From Candidatus Baldrarchaeum yapensis (GTDB taxonomy: Archaea > Asgardarchaeota > Baldrarchaeia > Baldrarchaeales > Baldrarchaeaceae), in contig JAEOSH010000005.1 of assembly GCA_016840465.1 (NCBI GenBank), positions 22,225 to 54,224 on the forward strand: a stretch of DNA of 32,000 bases, read 5' to 3'. Of this stretch, positions 1-6,589 are shown piece by piece. Every line of letters starts with the position of its first letter. The stretch's first letter is position 1. The notes beneath the pieces were generated by a model. That model did not search any database. It was not told where the DNA came from and saw only the letters and a list, made by a program, of their open reading frames with translations. The translations under genes were made by a program, and so were the position numbers.

Positions 1-2
1 CG

Positions 3-638
3 GTGCCATTCTACCCACACTTATGGCCGGCAACACTGGTTGCGTTGCTATTTACAATTCTAGTTTATCTATCTGGGCCAAGGACTCCCATAAAGAGGTT
101 GCGCGGGTGGTTTGAGGTAATGGCTAGAGAAGAAGATGTGCTAGCAGGCCACATTCTTGGACCATTTTATTACTGTGTTTCCATAACCGTAGTTACAGGC
201 GTTTTAACGTTTGGAGCCTTCCTTGGGTACCTTCCTGCTGCATATTATCTGATGGCGGGTATTGCTATAACAATAATGATGTGGGGAGATGGTGTAGGTG
301 ACCTGATAGGTAGACGCTGGGGCAAGCACAAGTATGAGATCGTTAAGGGGGCTCAAAGAAGCCTTGAGGGCTCCTTAGGTGTTTTCGTTTTCGGGTTCAT
401 AGGTGCATTGGTCGCAATAATGTTTTTCGGAGTGCTGGTCCCACAGGTGCCATGGAACAGGGTGGTAGCGTGGGAATGCTCCTTAGACATCTTCTCAATA
501 ATTATGCTATCACTTATCGCTGCTGCACTTGGCACATTGATTGAGGCGATTAGCCCTCGAGGATTCGATAACATAACGATACCTTTCATTTTGACCCCGG
601 TTCTCATAGCGCTAGGGGAAATAATGGGAGTTTTCTAG
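3..638 (+). CDS. Polyprenol (dolichol/phytol) kinase-family integral membrane protein. The N-terminus may be cut by the window edge.
   Basis: The ORF starts at the window edge (GTG at 3) and is multi-TM and hydrophobic. WGDGVGDLIGRRWGKHKY followed by SLEGSLGVFVFGF resembles the GDxxAxxxGRxxG...KSxEGS signature of CTP-dependent polyprenol kinases. Confidence 0.55.
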   Translation: MPFYPHLWPATLVALLFTILVYLSGPRTPIKRLRGWFEVMAREEDVLAGHILGPFYYCVSITVVTGVLTFGAFLGYLPAAYYLMAGIAITIMMWGDGVGDLIGRRWGKHKYEIVKGAQRSLEGSLGVFVFGFIGALVAIMFFGVLVPQVPWNRVVAWECSLDIFSIIMLSLIAAALGTLIEAISPRGFDNITIPFILTPVLIALGEIMGVF

Positions 639-640
639 CG

Positions 641-964
641 TCAGTAGAGCCCTGCCTCGTCCATATATTTCTTTATTTCCCTGATGGCTCGCTGAGCCTT
701 CTCGCTCATTCTCACCTTCTTTTCAAGTTCCTCTTCTCGATGCTCTCTTCTTTCGGTCTTTGTCCTTTGTTGGATTGCGGATTCTCTACATGTACCATCG
801 GGATTCATTGCATGCTTTGCGCACATTGCAAATTTACATTCTGGGCCTTGGCAGAGGTCACCAGCCCATTTGCAGAAGTATATCACAGTTTTGCTCATAC
901 GCTTTTTCACAAGTGCCTTTTGAGCACACCTAAAGAACTTACACTTCACGGTGCACCTTTTCAT
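641..964 (-). CDS. Small Cys-rich protein of unknown function (8 Cys in the first 59 aa, charged helical C-terminal tail)
   Basis: 107-aa ORF with a protein-like composition. The overlapping + strand ORF 740..994 is the less plausible of the two. A TATA-like TTATAA lies at about 1031-1039 upstream on the minus strand. I recognise no family. Confidence 0.5.
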   Translation of the reverse strand: MKRCTVKCKFFRCAQKALVKKRMSKTVIYFCKWAGDLCQGPECKFAMCAKHAMNPDGTCRESAIQQRTKTERREHREEELEKKVRMSEKAQRAIREIKKYMDEAGLY

Positions 965-1095
965 AACTCACACCCAGATTTTCAGAGTGTCTAGAGAAAA
1001 ATCGCATGAAAAGGCACCACTCCTCTCATTGCTTATAAATCCCTCTTAAAAAAGTTGTACGAGCTTCTTATGGGCGCTTTTTTGGTGGAGGTTGC

Positions 1096-1254
1096 ATGAA
1101 CTATCTTTTTGGGAATATACATGTTCACGAAACCGCCACCACTTGGCATCATAAAATTTATAACTCTAAGCTAAGACGTGCATTCTCTTACATAAATGTT
1201 TCTTTTATCGAAGTGATTCCCGGTATGGCTCGTTCTGGTCGGAACTTTTCCTAA
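1096..1254 (+). CDS. Candidate small ORF (52 aa, MNYLFGNIHVHETATTWHH...), below the ORF-track size cutoff
   Basis: The ATG is preceded by GGTGGAGGT (1084-1092), a strong SD-like motif. A TATA-like CTTATAAAT at 1031-1039 sits about 60 nt upstream. There is no recognisable domain. Confidence 0.25.
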   Translation: MNYLFGNIHVHETATTWHHKIYNSKLRRAFSYINVSFIEVIPGMARSGRNFS

Positions 1255-1566
1255 GTAGATTCATTTTGTATGCTTCTCCATATAATTTTTAGGCGTATTT
1301 CATGTGTTAGAATCGAACTTCTATTGTTATGCACGTAAATGATAATAATCTTCATTTCGTGGTCGGCATATGGAGTACTATTAATAAAAAGAAAATCACG
1401 TCATTAACTTGCTTTTTCTCGGTTTAATATTTTGAAGGACAAATCATATATCTTTAAATGCCTGTGGTCAGTTTTGTGCACGGAAATACCCAGCCCTTGT
1501 GGGCAATACTGTTCTTTGACATCCTAAGTTTCAATGCCAATGGTCCCTAGACAGAGGAGACAATCT

Positions 1567-2076
1567 ATGGCTTTAAATAATAGATCTGAGATCAATGTGC
1601 GGGAGTATCGGGATAGAGATAAAGCTATCCTCTCGAAAGTTGCGTTTAGAGCGTTTATGTGGCCTCATGATGCGGTATGGGCAATATGGGGGCTTGATAG
1701 CCGAGATATCACGTTTGTTGCGGAGATAAATGGAGTGCCGGTCGGCGCGATAGAGTTAGAGACGTTTTACTTTAAGGATAGAGAGCATGGCTACATATAC
1801 TACATATTTGTGGACCCAGATTATTGGGGGCGTGGAGTTGGAACCGCACTTATGAATAAGGCAGAGGAGTATTTTAGATCTGAGGGCATTTGTGATGTTT
1901 GGGGGACCACATGGACGAAGAACTATCGTATGAGGAGGTTATTCGAGAAAACAGGATATAAACTCATAAGTAGAGAGGAGTTGCGTAAGAAGTACACTAG
2001 ACGCGAATATAAGACTCTACTGTGGAACCTTTATGCGGGGCCGGGGGAACTTATTTACTGGAAGAGAGTGTGCTGA
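1567..2076 (+). CDS. GNAT-family N-acetyltransferase
   Basis: Acetyl-CoA binding motif A is present: IFVDPDYWGRGVGTALMNKAEEYF (R/QxxGxG/A). The ORF opens at 1534, but the ATG at 1567 is preceded by GAGGAG, so the start is ambiguous between 1534 and 1567. Confidence 0.75.
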   Translation: MALNNRSEINVREYRDRDKAILSKVAFRAFMWPHDAVWAIWGLDSRDITFVAEINGVPVGAIELETFYFKDREHGYIYYIFVDPDYWGRGVGTALMNKAEEYFRSEGICDVWGTTWTKNYRMRRLFEKTGYKLISREELRKKYTRREYKTLLWNLYAGPGELIYWKRVC

Positions 2077-2085
2077 GGTGGTTAT

Positions 2086-3081
2086 GTGACGTGGAAGATA
2101 ATACTATGTAGTGGCGCCGAACATTTAGAAGAGGATCTGAGAAAGTTGGGTTATGACGTATATAAGTCCGGATTAAATTATGATGGAAAACGATTCTTCC
2201 CAAATAGTGACCTCTATACAAGAATAGACGGAATAGATGAGTTGAGTGGGAAAGACGTTCTCGTGATTCAGAGTGGTACCTTCAGCGGTGAACTTGATAG
2301 GGAAAAATTCACAACTGCAGATAGGGTTTGGGAAGTTTTGCAGGTACTTGATGTGCTCAGGTGTCCGCTTAAAGTTGAGGAAAAGGGACATAAAGTGTAT
2401 GAGTATGAGGAGTTAGAACCTCCTCGGAGGATAGAAGTTCTGTATACCTTTCTCCCTTGCGCGTTGCAGGATAAGGCGTTTAAAACGGGAGAGGCCGTTT
2501 CAGCAAAACTGGCGGTCGAGTTAACACTTGCAAAGGCCGACAGAGTTATTACAATAGATCCTCATCCCCCAGAGGACGTTTGGTGGGTGAGAAGGCTCAG
2601 GGAGGAAAATAAATTAGTAATATTATCAGCAGTCCCTATGCTTATCGATGAGGCGTCCAATAGATTTGGCATTAAGGAGTACGAGTTAATAGCGCCGGAC
2701 GAGGGTGCACAGCGTAGGCTCGGAATACGTGGATTTACAAAGCAGAGAATTGACAGTTTTACTGTCGTAATGCGTGGAGAATTGAACGTTGCGGGGAAGA
2801 ATGTTATTGTGATCGACGATCTGACAAAGAGCGGATCAACTCTGATAAAGGCGAGAGAGAATCTCATGAAAATGGGCGCACAGGACGTTATCTGTTGTGT
2901 GACGCATGTGCTTCCCACAGTGGAGAAAGGAGAAGAGTTGCTTCGGAAACTTGTAGAAAGGATTAACGGGAGGATTTTGACAACAAATACTGTTAGAACA
3001 CGAACATTTGAGGAAGAACATCCAGAATGCCTTGTAAGCATAGCCCCACTCATAGATAAGTACTTAAAATCTGCGAGGTAA
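2086..3081 (+). CDS. Ribose-phosphate pyrophosphokinase (PRPP synthetase)-like phosphoribosyltransferase-domain protein
   Basis: FPNSDLYTRIDGIDELSGKDVLVIQS resembles the Prs N-terminal FxDGE..v.i...vrGkdV motif. VIVIDDLTKSGSTL is a PRPP-binding loop. The GTG start is preceded by GAGGTGGT. The protein diverges from canonical Prs in the middle region. Confidence 0.6.
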   Translation: MTWKIILCSGAEHLEEDLRKLGYDVYKSGLNYDGKRFFPNSDLYTRIDGIDELSGKDVLVIQSGTFSGELDREKFTTADRVWEVLQVLDVLRCPLKVEEKGHKVYEYEELEPPRRIEVLYTFLPCALQDKAFKTGEAVSAKLAVELTLAKADRVITIDPHPPEDVWWVRRLREENKLVILSAVPMLIDEASNRFGIKEYELIAPDEGAQRRLGIRGFTKQRIDSFTVVMRGELNVAGKNVIVIDDLTKSGSTLIKARENLMKMGAQDVICCVTHVLPTVEKGEELLRKLVERINGRILTTNTVRTRTFEEEHPECLVSIAPLIDKYLKSAR

Positions 3082-3084
3082 CAT

Positions 3085-3882
3085 TCACTCTCCAGAAGAA
3101 TCAGGGGGATCCGTCCAGATAACTATTTTTCCTTCTTGCCAGTCCCTGATAACCTTACGTGCCGCTTCATCGATATCCGGCTCTCCACCTTTTTTTAACC
3201 TCTTTAATCTGATTGCAAGTTTCTTAAGGAGCTCTAACGGGTCTTCATCATCCACGCTGTATGTTCTCAGGAATACATCTTTCATTTTTTCCTTTAACTT
3301 CCTTATTAGTGAGATTGCCGGAAGAATGGGGTCATCTAACGACTCTGCTCTCAGAGCTCCTTTATATATGAGCGACTCCTCGTCTTCTGCGGGAAAAACA
3401 CCGGGTGTGTCTATTATCCGCAATTTTCTACTGATTTTATAGGCTTGAGAGTGTTTGGTAATGCCGGGCATCGACCCCGTTGCTGCGCTGTGCTTCCCCT
3501 TTAAGATGTTAATGATGGTGCTCTTTCCGACATTAGGATAACCCACTATTGCAACCCTAACTGGTATTTGAGGTGCGTTTTTCAAGATTTCCCTTCGCAG
3601 CATCTTCGTACCCATTCTCTCACGTGCACTGATGAAAACCGTTGGATACTCTTTACTCAAATAGCGTTTCCATTTTTCCAAGACCTCTTTAGGAACAAGA
3701 TCCGCCTTGTTGATAACAATAATCACCTTTTTTCCCATTTCCTCAGCAAATTTTTCTATTCTCTTATTTCTGAAAGCTTCTGGATCTCTCGGATCTAAAA
3801 CCTCGAGAACAACGTCACATTCTTTAATTACATCGATTACCGTTTTCCAAGTCTTTTTACCGCCAGCGACCTTGCTATGCAT
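3085..3882 (-). CDS. Circularly permuted GTPase (YlqF/YawG/MMR1-HSR1-like ribosome-biogenesis GTPase)
   Basis: The motif order is G4 NKADL, then G1 GYPNVGKST, then G3 DTPG, which is diagnostic of cpGTPases. I place the start at the internal ATG at 3882 (MHSKVAGG...) because GGAGGT lies 7 nt upstream. The ORF itself extends to 3939. Confidence 0.8.
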   Translation of the reverse strand: MHSKVAGGKKTWKTVIDVIKECDVVLEVLDPRDPEAFRNKRIEKFAEEMGKKVIIVINKADLVPKEVLEKWKRYLSKEYPTVFISARERMGTKMLRREILKNAPQIPVRVAIVGYPNVGKSTIINILKGKHSAATGSMPGITKHSQAYKISRKLRIIDTPGVFPAEDEESLIYKGALRAESLDDPILPAISLIRKLKEKMKDVFLRTYSVDDEDPLELLKKLAIRLKRLKKGGEPDIDEAARKVIRDWQEGKIVIWTDPPDSSGE

Positions 3883-4053
3883 GACTACCTCCTCTACCTT
3901 AATGAGCAGATGAAAAAATAAGCGAATTGCATACAGCACACATTATTGCTGGAAATACCTTCACAGGCAACAATCGATACCTTAGGAGAACTCCGATATC
4001 TGGCGATCATGAATAGTGGAGAGAAAGCCTTTTGTGCCAGTCCGCCGTCTTAA

Positions 4054-4201
4054 GGTGGGGTGTGCGGGCCACGGCGCCGAAATCTTGGGCCGCAGAGCCC
4101 GCTTCTTGAGACTGCCGGCGACCTTGGATCGAATAGTTGGGCTCAGAGCCCGAATACCAAGTTGCCGGTAGTCAAGGCAAACAGGCCGCACACCACCCAC
4201 C
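4054..4201. ncRNA. Unclassified GC-rich, highly structured element (candidate structural ncRNA; a MITE-like element is the alternative)
   Basis: This is a local GC island in AT-rich DNA with no protein-like ORF. A closing helix pairs 4054-4070 with 4184-4201 (16 bp). A hairpin occupies 4087-4100. A long arm is formed by 4101-4109/4172-4178 plus 4115-4127/4157-4168, capped by the 4139-4151 hairpin. The strand is unresolved. A TATA-like CCTTTTTAG (complement of 4222-4230) about 25 nt from 4201 slightly favours the minus strand. Confidence 0.45.
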
Positions 4202-4221
4202 CTAGAGTGTGGTGGCGATGC

Positions 4222-4896
4222 CTAAAAAGGTTTGCGGGGCCGACGTGCATGCAAAAAACAATTCACGTCTGCATCCTCGATGAAAACGAAAACACCTACC
4301 ACACAAAAGCGGAAAACTCGCCCGCCGGAGTATCAGCACCTGCAAAATCCCTGAAACTCATGATCGTGCAAACCGCAACCATAGAGTCCACCGCAAACCT
4401 CTGGATGCCCACCGCCCCCGCGCTCTAAAACGCTGACATCGACGTGATAATTGTAAACCCGTATCACGCAAAGCGCGCCAACCTTACTTCAGGTACGGCA
4501 AATGCCGCATCCTCTGATGCAACAGTAAGATCACACGCCTCGACTATTTCACAACCTCTACCATACGCTATGCCGTTAATTACCGCGATCACCGGTTTTG
4601 AATATGTGGCGATTTTTTTATGCAGGCACGACGTACTCCATGAAAAGCGAGTATGCTTATAAGGATTCTTTACCGGATAAATAATCTCTGTTAAATTTTT
4701 CATTCTGTTATATCATCCCCAGCGCAGAATGCTCATACAGTTCCCGTGATCGTAATGCAATTATCTCATCATCTTCGGCCATTTCGATCGTCTTAGTAAT
4801 CTCCTGCCATGCAATTCTGTCTAATGCATTCAGTTTATTCGGTCTGTTTATTATTCATGCGATACCCTCTTCTTTTTCGTAAATTATGTTACTGAA
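4222..4896 (-). pseudogene. Enoyl-CoA hydratase/isomerase (crotonase) family pseudogene
   Basis: Crotonase-like pieces occur in different frames. They are [83 protein letters not shown] (track ORF 4464..4703), and a C-terminal EDADVNCFLHARRPRKPF*. In-frame TGA codons fall at the complement of 4855-4857 and 4733-4735. There are at least 3 frame changes and no start codon. Confidence 0.75.
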
Positions 4897-4930
4897 CTAG
4901 GCTTTTCCTCTTCCAACTTCTCACTGTCTG

Positions 4931-4976
4931 ACTCTCCGCTACTTTCATAACTTTTGATGTATTTGTAGCGGAGAGT
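4931..4976. repeat. Perfect 12-bp inverted repeat (ACTCTCCGCTAC / GTAGCGGAGAGT) with a 22-nt spacer
   Basis: Read directly from the sequence: 4931-4942 is the exact reverse complement of 4965-4976. It lies about 35 nt upstream of the crotonase pseudogene on the minus strand. Confidence 0.6.
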
Positions 4977-5119
4977 TTCCCACATCCCGGGCGGGCTCAT
5001 TAAATGCGGAGCACCGTTCATATAAGGGTTCCGGCGCCGCGAAAGTTGTCGCATGCTACAAAATGCAACACTTCACGTTTCTGCCCCGTTCTTATAGTGA
5101 CAGTTTCGACACATAAATG

Positions 5120-5914
5120 TTAGCATAAAATCAGGGGAAGAAGTATCTGGATTGAGTTATAAACAGTGTGGAATGTTATTGGTCCAGCGAGGGTTCGGTT
5201 GCTTTTTTCGTAAAGTGTGCCGATAAGCAGTCCTATCACAAAAATTATCGGCATTGTGTAAGGCTCAAGATGTACAAGCGCGAATATTGCCGACGAAATC
5301 ATAACTGCTTTAAGAAATCCGAGACGTAAAGTTAATGCTTGTTGCAAGAATCCCCTGAAAACCATTTCCTCCGAGAGCCCGATAGCTAACATCGAAATTG
5401 TTATTATTGTTGCGTCCAGCGGTGAGAAAGTTAATTCGGCTACGCCTATGTCTAAGTAGCGTGACACTATTGATACCATCACAGAACAAATTGCACCCCC
5501 AGTCGCTCCGAAAAATGTATGCTTCACGGCATTTTTTGGGTCTGCAGGCACGATTTTCATCCACGCTTTTAACACATGCCAGTTATCAAAATAAAAGTAT
5601 ATTGCCAATATCATTGCCAACTCAGAGCCTGCCATCAAAGAGAGCATTACGAGAAATACCTGCTTAGAAGGAATCTCGTAGCGTGCGAAGAGAGCATAAA
5701 CGAAATATGATGGAAGTACAAGTAATACAGCTATTAGCAATATGCCGAGTGACATCAACAACGCCGCAATGGGCACACCAATTGCATGAGTGAACTTAAA
5801 CGGCAAAAGTCGCATCCCACAATGTATACAATATTTTCCGGTAATTGGGGTGAGATTTCCACAATTTCTACAAGCTATCCTTCTTTCGTATTGATGGATT
5901 CTATTCACGATCAT
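5120..5914 (-). CDS. CPBP (CAAX protease/bacteriocin-processing, Abi) family intramembrane glutamic protease with an N-terminal zinc ribbon
   Basis: The N-terminus carries CRNCGNLTPITGKYCIHCG (CxxC-x12-CxxC), followed by multiple TM segments. The CPBP motifs are present: SEEMVFRGFL (EExxxR), FALVHL (FxxxH) and FHTVYN (HxxxN). Confidence 0.75.
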   Translation of the reverse strand: MIVNRIHQYERRIACRNCGNLTPITGKYCIHCGMRLLPFKFTHAIGVPIAALLMSLGILLIAVLLVLPSYFVYALFARYEIPSKQVFLVMLSLMAGSELAMILAIYFYFDNWHVLKAWMKIVPADPKNAVKHTFFGATGGAICSVMVSIVSRYLDIGVAELTFSPLDATIITISMLAIGLSEEMVFRGFLQQALTLRLGFLKAVMISSAIFALVHLEPYTMPIIFVIGLLIGTLYEKSNRTLAGPITFHTVYNSIQILLPLILC

Positions 5915-6086
5915 CGGAGCCCCCGGTGATATTGTCGGGGAATATGACGATCAATTTTACTGCGCTTTGATCTCTTAATGAAGTGATGAGTGTTGCAATA
6001 TTTAATATTTGATAACGTGTCGGCCGTCTGACTGTACAGCATAGTTTGTTATCGTTGTACTGTACTTCAAACGTCATCTTTGCCAC
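5901..6086 (-). CDS. Hypothetical 61-aa ORF overlapping the CPBP protease start by 14 nt
   Basis: The only support is an open frame and operon-like overlap geometry. The region also contains AT-rich promoter-like sequence (AAATATTAAATATT), so it may be non-coding. Confidence 0.2.
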   Translation of the reverse strand: MAKMTFEVQYNDNKLCCTVRRPTRYQILNIATLITSLRDQSAVKLIVIFPDNITGGSDDRE

Positions 6087-6147
6087 ATCGGAGCATTTTT
6101 AATGAACACGATGACACTCTTTGCTAACTACAGATCAAGAGACATTG

Positions 6148-6588
6148 ATGGACACTAAAGACTTGGATGGGTTTGCCATGAAAAGGGTAGCTATTGTAGA
6201 TGTCGACCGTTGTGTCGGATGCCAGATGTGTATGTTCGCATGCACACGTAGGCACGGCGTGGGAGGGTTGGCGAGAAGCGCTATACACGTGAGGTCGGCA
6301 GGGGGTTTTGAAAGGGGTTTCGTCGTCATAGTGTGCAGGGCATGTTCGGATCCCCCTTGTGCAAAAGTTTGCCCTACAGGAGCATTGAGGCCACGAAAAG
6401 GGGGCGGAGTCGTTCTTGATGAAAGGAAATGCATAGGTTGTGGGCTCTGTGCTGAAGCTTGTCCTATTGGCGCCATATTTTGGGATGATGAGAGAAATAA
6501 ACCAGTTGTTTGTAAGTATTGTGGCTCATGTGCCGAGCATTGCCCACATGGAGTTATAAAGCTTGAGGTTTTGGAGGGAGGAGAGTAG
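6148..6588 (+). CDS. 4Fe-4S polyferredoxin-like protein with four Cys-cluster motifs, the likely electron-transfer partner of the downstream AOR
   Basis: The four motifs are CVGCQMCMFAC, CRACSDPPCAKVCP, CIGCGLCAEACP and CKYCGSCAEHCP. The start is uncertain (TTG 6121, ATG 6148 or ATG 6178). A TATA-like ATTTTTAAT at about 6094 argues against 6121. The stop abuts the AOR start. Confidence 0.8.
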   Translation: MDTKDLDGFAMKRVAIVDVDRCVGCQMCMFACTRRHGVGGLARSAIHVRSAGGFERGFVVIVCRACSDPPCAKVCPTGALRPRKGGGVVLDERKCIGCGLCAEACPIGAIFWDDERNKPVVCKYCGSCAEHCPHGVIKLEVLEGGE

Positions 6589-6589
6589 C

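Noticed and set aside
2562-3053. Long antisense ORFs inside confident genes: 2562..3053, 7686..8093, 9992..10432, 12975..13475, 22168..22635, 25124..25579, 30620..31054 and shorter ones
   Set aside because: All lie opposite well-supported CDSs. All have Ser/Pro/Arg-rich or otherwise non-protein-like composition, and none has recognisable motifs or SD signals. This is typical shadow-ORF behaviour.
4054-4201. Attempts to classify the GC-rich element as tRNA (including intron-containing), SRP RNA, RNase P RNA or H/ACA sRNA
   Set aside because: A 16-bp terminal helix is incompatible with a 7-bp acceptor stem, and no GTTCRAATC T-loop with a matching stem is present. There is no GNAR-tetraloop/AGCA helix-8 signature and no GAGGAAAGUCC / ACAGAA..GGCUUA P4 elements on either strand. 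The nearest ACA lies 13 nt from the stem, which is the wrong geometry for H/ACA. GGUAGUC at 4167-4173 loosely recalls the SRP Alu U-turn, but nothing else fits.
3982-4428. Track ORFs 3982..4200 (-) and 4060..4428 (+), which could be read as genes
   Set aside because: Their translations are Arg/Pro/Gly/Thr-rich and low-complexity, with no domain-like pattern. They are open only because the region is GC-rich (structured element plus pseudogene tail). I treat them as artefacts.
4464-4703. The 79-aa ORF as an intact small gene
   Set aside because: Its C-terminal two-thirds is the central crotonase block, and flanking homologous blocks lie in other frames. It is a fragment of the pseudogene, not a gene.
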